Source: Emiliania huxleyi CCMP1516 (taxonomy: Eukaryota). Taken from it: a DNA stretch of 20,000 bases. The position numbers and the translations under genes are program-made. Below, one piece after another: positions 9,475 through 18,832 of this stretch (positions are counted from its first letter, which is position 1; every line of letters begins with the position of its first letter). The notes under the pieces were generated by a model that saw only the letters and a program-made list of their open reading frames with translations, made no database searches and was not told the origin of the DNA. Where the stretch lies: the NCBI RefSeq assembly GCF_000372725.1, contig NW_005201403.1:240259-260258 (forward strand), written 5' to 3'.

Positions 9475-9983
9475 TGCGGCTCGCTGCGCCGCCGCATCCT
9501 GGAGGACCCAGACCTTGCGCCGTGCGTGCTCCTTAAGACGAGCTGTGCGGGCACCCGGCGGCCGTGTGCAAGCGCTGGTCTCTGATCTGCGCGCCGCGCG
9601 GTGCCTTCGCTCGCCTCGTGGAGACTGCTGGCGACGCCACGTCGGCGCTGCACGCTGCTGCGCTCGGAGAGCTCAAGCGGCTGTCGGAGGCTCCTGCCAC
9701 GCACGAGGGTGTCGTGGCTAGCAATCGCGCCACCCTCGACGCTGACGACCATTGCCTCTCGTTCCTGCTGGCGCGGCTCGATGAGCCCGAGGATGATGGC
9801 TGGCGCAGAGAAATCATCACCGCCCTCCTGGCCCTCGCAACCTCCTCGTCTGCGTGCGCTGAGCAGTGGCACCGGGTCGGCGGCGTTGCGGCGCTGCAAG
9901 CGCTCGCTCGAGAGACGGCGGAGGAGCGGGTGGAGAGACAGGCGGAGAGGTGCGACGAGGCGCAGCGGTCAGCCTTGGCGTGA
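9475..9983 (+). pseudogene. Orphan ARM/HEAT-like helical coding fragment with no ATG start
   Basis: Frame 9537-9983 reads ...ALGELKRLSE...CLSFLLARLD...REIITALLALA...WHRVGGVAALQALA, which resembles armadillo repeats. An upstream piece in another frame (LRRRILEDPDLAPCVLL) meets it at a CTTAAG frameshift. Confidence 0.4.
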
Positions 9984-11229
9984 GGAGGTCCGCAGGCGGA
10001 CTGCCAGGTGACTCTCATAGTGTTACGGTACTCTACCTTAGTTGTGCTCGGTGCCAAAACACCGAAAAAATCTCTCTCCCTGTCCCCCCCCGGGGTGTCA
10101 TGTCATGAACGACCGTGTCAAGATTGGGGTTGTCTCTGTCAAGGCGGACTCGCTCTTCGAATCATGTTCCTGTGTCCCTGTCCTCTCTGCTGGCCTGCCT
10201 CTCGCCTCTCCCGCTCGACGACCAAAAACGACGCCGCCGCAAGTGCAGGGTAGGCTCCGCCTCACTGCATCTCGAACTGGATTCCACGAATTGATTTTCC
10301 TAGCGTCGTCAAAGTGAGCTGAAAGCTCGCTCGAAGAGCCGATGTCACCCGCCGACCGCCTCCCATCTCGCCGCTGCTCTGGCGGGGCGGGGGCGGGGCC
10401 TGGCGACGGCGCGCGGCGCATGTGCCGTGGCAACCCACCGGGCCGGCCGGCCGCGAAGGCGCCGACCGGCGATCGCCACCGCGCCCCGCCTCGGAACGCC
10501 GTTTCCGCTTGGCGTCCGAGGCGCTCGGCGTTCCCGCTGGCCGCCGGGGCCGGACCGGATCGGACGCTCCTTTTCCCGCCGTAGGCACGGCTGGCCGGCT
10601 GGAGCAGCGGAAAAACAAAAATCGCACGGCTCAATCCTCTCCGGCCAGCCTCGGGCTAATTAGAACTGCAAAAAATCGGAAGTTTCCGCCGCCCCGTATT
10701 CCACCTCCCTGGCCCTCCACGCCCCGCGCGCGCGACCGTATCACCGCCGCAGTCGGCCTCCCCGCCCCGCGCGCTGTGGGAGCGGCGCCCACCCACCGGA
10801 GACGCCTTCCCCTTGACCGCCCGACCACCCCACCCCCTCCGGCAGGTGCCTCGCGCGTGATTTGCGCTCGAGAGGCCTCCTTTGAGGTGGCGGCCGGCCG
10901 CCGCTTCTCGCGGTGAGGCGGCATGAGGCCGTCCCCCCGTCGCGTTCGACGGCAGGCCGGCCACGGCACCGGCTGTCGCGGCTCGAGGGCGGCAGGCGAG
11001 CCGCCCCCCCCTCCTCCCTCCCTCCGCCCCTTCCTCCCTTCCCCGCAGCGCTGCCCCCGGCACGATCTCCTCGTGCCCCGCTGCCGCCCCACCCGCCGCG
11101 CCGCCCGCCGCCGATGGCCCGGCCGCCACCGCCACCGTCGGCGGCCGCCTCCCGCCCACCCGCACCGCCGCCCCGGCCACTGCCACCCGCGCCGCCGCCT
11201 CGCCCAACGCCGCCACCGGCCCACCCTCC

Positions 11230-11570
11230 CGCCCGTCGCCGCTGCCGCCGCGCCGCCGCTGCCGCCCTCCGGGCCGCCTCCGGCCCCGCCACCTGCCTCG
11301 CCGCCGCCCACGCGACTGGCCTCGCCGCCGCCACCGCCACCGCCCTCCCCACCGCCCTCCCCTCCGCTCTCACCGCCGCCGACGCGCCGCCACGCCGCCT
11401 CTGCCTCCGCCCTTGCCGAGCCGTCGCCACCGCCCTTCTCGCCGCCTCTGCCGCCCATGCCGCCTTGGGTGCCGCCTATTCCGTGGCCCTCGCCACCGCC
11501 GCCGCCGTCGCCGCCCCCGCCGCCACCGCTACCGCCGCCTCCCGCCCCGCCACCCCCTCCGACACCGACA
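11230..11570 (+). pseudogene. Proline-rich (SPPPP/PPSPP, extensin-like) coding segment with apparent frameshifts
   Basis: SPPPPPPPSPPPSPPLSPPP...PSPPPFSPPLPPMPPWVPPIPWPSPPPPPSPPPPPP. A Pro-rich stretch (TPPLPPPLP) lies in another frame around 11393-11420. Confidence 0.5.
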
Positions 11571-12150
11571 CCCCCCCTCCCTCACACCATCCCGGCCGGC
11601 CTCCTCCGTTCTAGCCCCAACTCCCACACACCACCACCGACCTCCCCGCGCCCCCACACGCCGGCCCCGCGCACCCACGCCACCACCATCGCCCACGTCG
11701 CCCTCCCCGACCCCCACCCCGCGCCCCAGGCTCTTCACAGCTACGCTCGGGGCGTCCTGGCGCCGCCTCCCCAACCGCTGCGGCCCACGCGGCCGCCGGG
11801 CGGCGCGACGGCGGCTACCGGCCGGCATAGCCCTTCCAGCGCCGGCCGGGGGCTGCGGCGGCGCGCGGCGCGCGGCGGGCAAGCTGCCTGCTGGCGGGCG
11901 GCGCTTCTAGTCGTGATTTTAGTGCCGCGTAGGTCGCCCATCGGCCACTTCTCGGGCGTGCGGCCGCAGCGCGGCGAGAAGGCGGCGCGCTCGGCCCGCT
12001 GGCGGAGGTGAAGCCCCCCAGAGCGGAAGCTGGCGGGCCGGGGGCGTCGGGCGGGTGCGCGGCGGCACCCGTGCCACCGGGACGGGCCGTGGTGGCCCGT
12101 GTGGCGGCCGTGAAGGGCCGTTTGGTGCGCCCCGGCGGCCGCCTGCACGG

Positions 12151-12698
12151 CGGCCGCCGGGGCCGGTTTGGACTGTGTTTGGGGGGGTGGAGGGGTCCGG
12201 TGGCCGGTGTGATGGTCGTTTATCACCCTCCTATCACCCACTTACCGCCCCCGGCCGTGGGGGCCTCTCCAGACGCCGCCATTTATGATTTCAAAGGGTC
12301 CTGCCGACGCTCATCACAGTGCGGCGGAGGGGCCGGAGCCGGCGCCGCGGAGGACGAGGATGGCCGTGGCGGACCGGGACGAGCTCTGGGAGGTTCAGTG
12401 TCAGTGAGTATATTGTAGAGGCCACCCATGTGCACAATATCTTGACTGAGAGCTAAGCCAGGGGAGGCGATGCCGGGGCCGTACAGCAGCTTGACGGTGC
12501 TTCGCCGGCGTGCGTCCCGCCGGCCGCCGGGGCCGGTTTGGACTGTGTTTGGGGGGGTGGAGGGGTCCTATGGCCGGTGTGATGGTCGTTTATGGCCCTC
12601 CTATCACCCACTTACCACCCCCGGCCGTGGGGACCTCACCGGACGCCGCCATTCATGATTTCAAAGGGTCCTGCCGTCGCTCAGTTCGAATCACAGTG
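12151..12698 (+). repeat. Dispersed direct repeat of ~170 bp: copies at 12151-12321 and 12521-12698 (370-bp offset)
   Basis: Both copies read cggccgccggggccggtttggactgtgtttgggggggtggaggggtcc...tgatttcaaagggtcctgccg.cgctca...tcacagtg with few substitutions. Confidence 0.9.
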
Positions 12699-13182
12699 GG
12701 GCGGAGCCTACCCTGTGCCGCTCCTGATCGACGACCTCACCTTCAAGCCGCTTAGCACGACCGGCTTCGTGCCCTACTACAACTATGAGCAGCAAGACGG
12801 CGCGCTCGCCGAGGTGAGCGGCACCGTCGGCCTGATCACCTCGGACGACGCCGGCCGCGTCGCGTCTCAGACCTTCATGTTCATGCTCTCGGGCGTGGAC
12901 TCGAGGTGCAAGGACGGTGCCGGCGACGCACACAACTCGTGTGGTCTCCACATCCACCAAGGTGGCTCGTGCAAAGAGGACGCGCTCGGCCACTTCTTCA
13001 ACGGCGACGGCTCCTTCGACCCGTGGGCGGGCGGGCCGGCGCCGATCGTCTACACGACGACGGACGACTTCACCTTTGGCGAGTTCACCGTTCTGACGGG
13101 CCTCCCTGCGCACCAGATTGACGGAAGGACGTTCGTTGTGCACGATTTCGAGGGGAGGCGGAATGCCTGCTCGCGGATCGGC
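12697..13182 (+). CDS. Cu/Zn superoxide dismutase-fold domain lacking Zn ligands and electrostatic loop (Cu-only SOD-like); exon of a larger, possibly decayed gene
   Basis: VSGTV, CGLHIHQGGSC (H-x-H at 12949/12955), GHFFN (12991), IDGRTFVVH (13141), GRRNACSRIG (compare SOD1 GSRLACGVIG). Preceded by the acceptor-like tcacag. Confidence 0.75.
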
Positions 13183-13821
13183 AGGCCCGGCCGACGAGCA
13201 AGGTGGACAACGTCGCCTCCAGCTGGCGGAGCCGCCCGAAGATGCCCGAGGAGAAGAAGGCCAGCCACTTCTTGGGGGTCCTGGCTGGCGCTGCAGCAGG
13301 TGCCCTCGCCGGTCACTTGGCCAGCCAACAGGACAACTCCCCACACTACGGGCCCCTCAGCAGTACTACCCTCAGCAGCCGTGTGCACAGTCATCGTCTC
13401 ATCATACTAGCACCCCACACGGCAATCCTTAGCAGCAGTACGGTTACCCTCAGCAGCATTACGGTGGCTACGGTTACCCTCAGCAGCAGTGGCACTCCTG
13501 GATCCAAGGCACCTCGGCCAGAGCTGCACGTCGGTGTGCCGCGAGCGTCGCTTGACCTGCGACATTCAGGCACTGGACGAGTTCGCGCGCACGGGCAGAT
13601 ACACAAGTTTCAACGTCAACTCGCTCAACGCCCTGACGCGGCAGTGCCGCGCCGTCAATTCGTACCCGGCTTGGCCCCACAGCCCGGCAATCTGCAACTC
13701 GCCCGCTTGCGGGTCCACCTGGCGATACAACAGCTTTGGTGGGTGCTCCATTGGCCATGGCGGGTCCGGGAGCTGCAAGGCCTTCCACACAGCTTTCTCC
13801 CGCTTCTGCCCGTGCGCTTAA
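13183..13821 (+). pseudogene. Frameshifted C-terminal modules: RRLQ linker, Gly/Ala hydrophobic stretch, Q/Y/G/P repeats (YGYPQQ) and a Cys-rich domain ending RFCPCA*
   Basis: Protein-like segments alternate between frames: GGQRRLQ; HFLGVLAGAAAGALAGHLA; QQYYPQQ..P*QQYGYPQQHYGGYGYPQQQWHSWIQG (TAG at 13430-13432); LGQSCTSVCRERRLTC...FSRFCPCA (stop at 13821). Confidence 0.55.
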
Positions 13822-14648
13822 CGCTTGCGCGTCCGTGTCTGGGAGCGCGCGAGTGGAATCTTGGGGGTGTGGGCCTTGCGCCGTCACGCACGCCTCGCCT
13901 CACTCACGCCTGCGGCCTGGGCAAAGTTGAATATGTTGACGTTCGTTCTGATTGTGACCTGGCTGTTTAAGTCGTGCGAGGGAGTTTTGTTGTAAAATTC
14001 TGTTTCAAGTACCTAGGTAGGGTGTGGACCCTGAGTTGACCAACCAGGGGTTGTGCGCTGGGCCCTCCTGCTCGGCTCCAGCCATTACACAAGTCTTGTC
14101 ATCAACAGAGTAGATGGATCTGACCTCGGGGCCGATGTGACCAAGCGCTGGTAGCGTGGTTTTACCTCACACCCACGGTCTCACAGTGTGCCGGCAGTCG
14201 CCGAGCAGTGTCGCTCCCACAAGCCGCAGCACAAGTGACTGAGGGCCAGTGAGGGCGAGCCCATCGCTGTCACAGCTGTGGCAGCCGCACAGTAGGCTGT
14301 GTCAACTGTGCAGAGTGTGTGAGCAGCAGAGGAGCTGCTCTCCAGGCTTCAGGCGCAAAGAGCTGCATGCCACCGAAAGCGCTGTCGAGGTTCGCCGAGC
14401 GCGGCGAAATCGGGGGACACCGTCACACCTCTACTACGGTCTAGCCCGGCGCGCAGTCGCCCAGCAAAATTGCGCCTGGCAAGCGCAGGCCGCAGCAATC
14501 CTGCAACGTGCAAGTGTCCCATGCCTCATACATCATGTAACAGAGTGTGCATTATCTCCTCTGCATATCGGCACCTAAAAAATAAAACGGCAAAACACTG
14601 AGACGTCTGAGCGCTTGACAGTTGACTGTGTACTTTACTCACTGTGAC

Positions 14649-16163
14649 TCACACCGGAAGCAAACCCTTTGTGCGAGTCCTGCCACTGCCGCTGGCCCCA
14701 CCGCTGCTGCTGTTGCCGTCGCGCGCCTTGGTCCGCGCGAAGGCGACGACGCCTCCCACCGCCGTGGCGACGCCCGCGCAGTTGGCCACCTAGGTTCGGG
14801 GTCAGGGTACAGGGTGAAGCTAGGTTCGGGGTCAGGGTACGGGGTGAAGGTCAGGGTCAGGGTCAGGGTTAGGGTCAGGCAAGGTCAGGGTCAGGATCGA
14901 GGTTAGGGTGGGCAGTTGGCCGCCGAGAGCGGCGTCGCAAACACTGCCGCCGCAGCGCCGATGACGAGCACGCGGCGCAGGATGTTGAGCACGGCGTGCC
15001 TAATCCCGATCACTCTCGGGCACTCTCGGGCAGTCTCAGGCTCACCTCGGGGTGCGGAGCAAGCGGCGCACGTCGCGATGCTGACGCGTGCGAGGACGGC
15101 GAAGCTGACGCCTGCTCTCCGGCAACCTCGTGTCATCTCGTGCAATCTCGGGTCAGCTCGACGGCGAAGCTGACGCCGTTGTACAGCGCGTGCGCCGCGC
15201 CGTTGGCGGCGAATAGACAAGCGACCCGCGCGGCGCCGGCGGCGCTGCCGCCGGCCGCGCTCGCCAGCAGCGGCCGCGCCTCAAGGATCAGCGCCGTTGG
15301 GAGGAGCACGAGCAGGCCGCCTAGTCTCGGGCAATCTCGGCTGATCTCGCCGCATCTCGGGTGACCTCGGGAGCAGGAGCCGGGCTGCCGCGCGCGACGT
15401 GGTAAAAGAGGCATGCGTCCGAGCGGGTGGCGGGCGAGCCGGCATGGCGGCGCTTGAGCGACTTGGTCAGCACGGCGCGGCCTATCCATTGACCAACTGA
15501 GCTGACCAACGCATGAGGAGGGTCGAGCGACGCGGCTAGCACGGCGCGGCCAGAGAAGGCGACGTTCGACGCGAGGGCGAGGGCCCCGCCGGTGGCGCTG
15601 AAGGCGCCGCCGCCGGAGCAAGCGGTCGCGACGCCGGCGACGATCGGGAGGAGGGCGAGGAGGGTGGCGGGCCGCTCCCGCTCGCCCAGCACCAGTCCGG
15701 CAAGAGCGACCTACTCGGCTCGAGGCCTGCAGCTTGGAGAGGCGCCGTGTGGAGCGGCAGCGGCATGCCGTGCAACTGCCGTGGTGAGAGGCTCGGCCGC
15801 CTTGACCGTCTCCACGAAGCTCGGCGCGGCGGCGGCGATGGCGGCGTTGGTGAGCAGGAAGCCGAGCGTGTATGTCAGGCTCACGCCGCGCACCGCCCGC
15901 AGCTCGACGTCACTCAGCGGGCCGCGGGAGGAGGACGGCAGCAGGCAGCGTGTGCCTGGTGCGGAGGCTCGCTCGTGCTGTGGAGAGGCAAAATTCATAT
16001 TGCTTGTGGTGGTGTGATGCACACCCGCTGCTGCCACGGCAAACTGGACGGCGGCAAGGGTCGCTGGGCAGGCGAGCTCCTGCAGCACGATCTTGGCGGT
16101 CCAGATGGCAGCGATGGAGGCTGCGTACCAGGTTGCCACCAGCGGGCCGACGCGCAGCTTCAT
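14649..16163 (-). CDS. Triose-phosphate/phosphate translocator (TPT; DMT superfamily) family transporter. Proposed exons 16163-16025, 15955-15780, 15710-15551, 15481-15389, 15320-15177, 15111-15072, 14999-14924, 14789-14649
   Basis: TPT motifs after splicing: TWYAASIAAIWTAKIVL, PATLAAVQF, PSFVETVKAAEPLTT, LLPIVAGVA, ALASNVAFSGRAVLTK, HALYNGVSFAVLARVSIATHAVLNILRRVLVI, ANCAGVATAVGGV. Seven introns keep the frame; stop TGA at 14651-14649. Confidence 0.9.
14791..14909 (+). repeat. Degenerate telomere-like repeat array (TTAGGG/TCAGGG) filling the last TPT intron
   Basis: ggtcagggtcagggtcagggttagggtcagg...gaggttagggt, including a 30-nt-period duplication at 14790/14820. Confidence 0.85.
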
Positions 16164-16624
16164 GTCCGCTGTTGGTACACGGCCAGCCAGAAAATGCAAG
16201 TGGCGGGGAGGAGGGCGAGCCGGCGGGAGCGGTGTCGCCTCGCAGCGGGGTGCCAACGCCCTCTGGCCTGGCGCGCAAGCTACTACACGCGCACCGGCCC
16301 AGGGCTTCCACCCACGTCACCCACCTCCCCGCGCGGGGCCGCTCCGGGGCGACCCGGGCGCCCTCCGACCACGCTGCCACACTACTATCCTTCAACAATA
16401 GTGCCCGTGAAGCGAAGGCGCGAGTCGGAAGGCCGCCCCCCGGGGGGGGGGGGGGGGCGACCGTGATTTGGTCCCTTCATTTTCCTACAATCGCTGTGAT
16501 GTGTGAACCCAGCCACGTAGGGAGATCCTAGCATAAACATGTTCATGCATGTTGAAAGCAACCGGGGTGTGCTGTCCCACTGCTATATGAGCTCAGCCGC
16601 TCTGGGCGTCGAACGCTATGAGTC

Positions 16625-18289
16625 CTACGCCAGCCCCGCCAGCCTCGAGGCCATGATGGCCGTCCTCGTGGCGACGCTTGCGAAGCAGGCCTGCACCAGT
16701 GAGGAGCCGGCGAGGGCGAACGGCACGGCAACAGACAAAAACACCTTTAGGAAGGCGGCTGCAGCGAGGAGCGCGGCGGCAGCGTTGAGCCCTGCTGCGG
16801 CTGCTGCGACCAGCACGACTGCTGCTGCGGGCGCCTGCCTCACGCCCGACGCCGCGGCCGTTGCGGGCTCCTCGCCAGCCCCTCTCACCGTGGACGCGGC
16901 GGCCGCTGCCACCTTTGCATCCTGCGCGGAGACGTACGCCTGCAGCGCCATGGCTCGTGCCGCGGCCGCCTTCTTCAAATCTCTCTCCTCCTTGACCTGG
17001 ATGGCCGCCGCCGCCGCCGCCGCCGTCTCGAGGTCGGCCCAGACGAACCCATCTGGCGGCGGAGTCTCGACGGTCCTCACCGCCGCGGCCTGCATCGAGG
17101 ACGCCCCGCTCAGCGCAGTAGTCTTATCCTCCCCCCCCGCCGCCGCCGGCGCTCCGTCCCTGTCAGCCTCAGCCGCTCTCGCGCGCTTCGCCGCAGCCTC
17201 AGCCGCCTCCCAGTCAATGATTGGCTCCGCCGCCTCCCAATCCCCCCTCTTGTCCGCCTCATACCTCTCCAAGGCGCCGCGCCGCGAGGGCACCTCTGTC
17301 CCCGGCTCCTTTGCGCCCGGAACTCGGTCGCCACGGAACCAGGGGAGGCGCTGTGGCGCCGCCGTCGCGCCGCCACTCGATGCCCTGGCGGCCTTTTCCA
17401 TCTTGACTGCCGAGCGGATCCGATCCGCCATCGCCGCCTCCTCGGCCTGCGCAGCCCGCGTTGCCGCCTTTCGAATCTCAGCCGCCGCCTTGCTCGCCGC
17501 TCGCTCTGCCTTGGCAGCCGCTTCCTTCGCCTTGCCGCTCGCCTCCTTGTCGGCCACTGCCTTGTCTGTCACTGCGTTCTCGGTTACCGCCGGCTCTGAC
17601 GTCGCCACCTCGAGCACCGCTCCCTTGATGGGCTCCATCTCCCGCACGGCCACACCAGTCCCTCGGCCTGCCTCAGGAGCACTCCCTGGCGCTGGGGCCG
17701 GTGGCAAAGGTGCTACCTCGCCCTCATCGTCGCCGCTGGTTGCCGTCTCCAGAGAGCTGGTGCCACTCTTTCGCCGTAGCCCAAGGGGCAGCGCGACAGA
17801 GAAGAGTGCGCCAGCCAGGTAAGGCTCTGCCGGTCGGGCTTTTCGATCGCCCACGGCCTGCTCGTCCCGGGTAGATTGCTCGCCTGCCGCCTCGCTGCCC
17901 GCCTTGCGGTCTCGTTCCGCCTTCTTGGCTGCCAGCAGCCGTGCCACCTCAGCCTCGGCCTCTCGCCCCTTCTCCACTACGATGTCCTCCTTGACGTCGG
18001 GCGGGAAGAGGTTGGCGGTCGCCGCTTCCACGTACGCCTCGCCATACTCGCTGTTCGAGCCTCGCAGGCCGGAGTACTCTGGCGGCGCCTCTGGCGCGGT
18101 GGACGCGAGGGCAATCTCAGGCCGGGCGGCGGTGGCGGGTATGGCCGCCGCGGGAAAAGCAGGGAGGACGGAAGAGAGCAAGGAGGCAAGGAGGATTGGC
18201 GTGGCGGCTGGGATTGCGCGAGCCGCCCCGCCGGCGTCGTGCGCCGCTCCCAGCCTTGGCGTGCGGGATGAGCGGGCCGAGAACAGCAT
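16625..18289 (-). CDS. Ala/Glu/Lys-rich hypothetical membrane protein (554 aa), possibly plastid-targeted
   Basis: Uninterrupted ATG-started ORF. It has a hydrophobic LLASLLSSVLPAFPAAA segment near the N-terminus, a TM-like YLAGALFSVALPLGL, coiled-coil EAAAKAERAA, a PPDGFVW motif and a hydrophobic C-terminus. Confidence 0.6.
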   Translation of the reverse strand: MLFSARSSRTPRLGAAHDAGGAARAIPAATPILLASLLSSVLPAFPAAAIPATAARPEIALASTAPEAPPEYSGLRGSNSEYGEAYVEAATANLFPPDVKEDIVVEKGREAEAEVARLLAAKKAERDRKAGSEAAGEQSTRDEQAVGDRKARPAEPYLAGALFSVALPLGLRRKSGTSSLETATSGDDEGEVAPLPPAPAPGSAPEAGRGTGVAVREMEPIKGAVLEVATSEPAVTENAVTDKAVADKEASGKAKEAAAKAERAASKAAAEIRKAATRAAQAEEAAMADRIRSAVKMEKAARASSGGATAAPQRLPWFRGDRVPGAKEPGTEVPSRRGALERYEADKRGDWEAAEPIIDWEAAEAAAKRARAAEADRDGAPAAAGGEDKTTALSGASSMQAAAVRTVETPPPDGFVWADLETAAAAAAAIQVKEERDLKKAAAARAMALQAYVSAQDAKVAAAAASTVRGAGEEPATAAASGVRQAPAAAVVLVAAAAAGLNAAAALLAAAAFLKVFLSVAVPFALAGSSLVQACFASVATRTAIMASRLAGLA

Positions 18290-18352
18290 TGGCTCGTTCG
18301 CGTACGTCCACCTCGTATTGGGTGTATTCTCTCTCTATTGGGTACTCGTACG

Positions 18353-18371
18353 TCTCTCTCTCTCTCTCTCT
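18353..18371. repeat. (TC)n microsatellite upstream of the 554-aa ORF
   Basis: tctctctctctctctctct read directly. Confidence 0.85.
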
Positions 18372-18832
18372 ACTCGTATTGTCGAGTATTGAGCACTTGA
18401 GCACTTGATAGGGTCGATTCCGCATGGTACGGGACCCCTCGATCGTCTCGCCCTCCCTCACTGGTGTGGGTATTGCAATACATGTACCTAGGCTAGGCCT
18501 AGCTCCTAGGTACTCTTTCGGTTTAATCGATACGTCGCATGAAGGAGATCATCCCCGCGCTAAGCCCTGGCGAGTAGAGGCACACGCACGCTCTCTCGAG
18601 GTCTCTTGGAGCAGAGCCCCGGCGAGTCCTCGAAAGAGCCAAATGGGTCCTCGGAGAGGGTACCCTGGGTGGGCGGGGCCTCTATTCGCCAGCGCTAAGC
18701 CCGTGGGCCGACGCCCTGAAGAATCAATCACGAACACCGTCGCGGTCCGTCGCCGCTCCCTCGGTCGGGCTGTGTTCCTAGTGCCATTGCGCGCAATTCC
18801 CGAAAAGAATGTTACCTTAGGGGACCCCTAGG

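Noticed and set aside
10262..12418. Many overlapping long Arg/Gly/Pro/Ala-rich ORFs
   Set aside because: Expected from stop-codon scarcity at very high GC. Only the SPPP segment looks like real coding sequence.
13980..14600. Intergenic tract with recurring CACAG/CTGTG words and a 109-aa ORF
   Set aside because: No regular period, hairpin or coding bias that I could establish.
16539..17822. 427-aa plus-strand ORF
   Set aside because: Antisense shadow of the 554-aa minus-strand ORF, with Ser/Ala composition mirroring its Glu/Ala codons.
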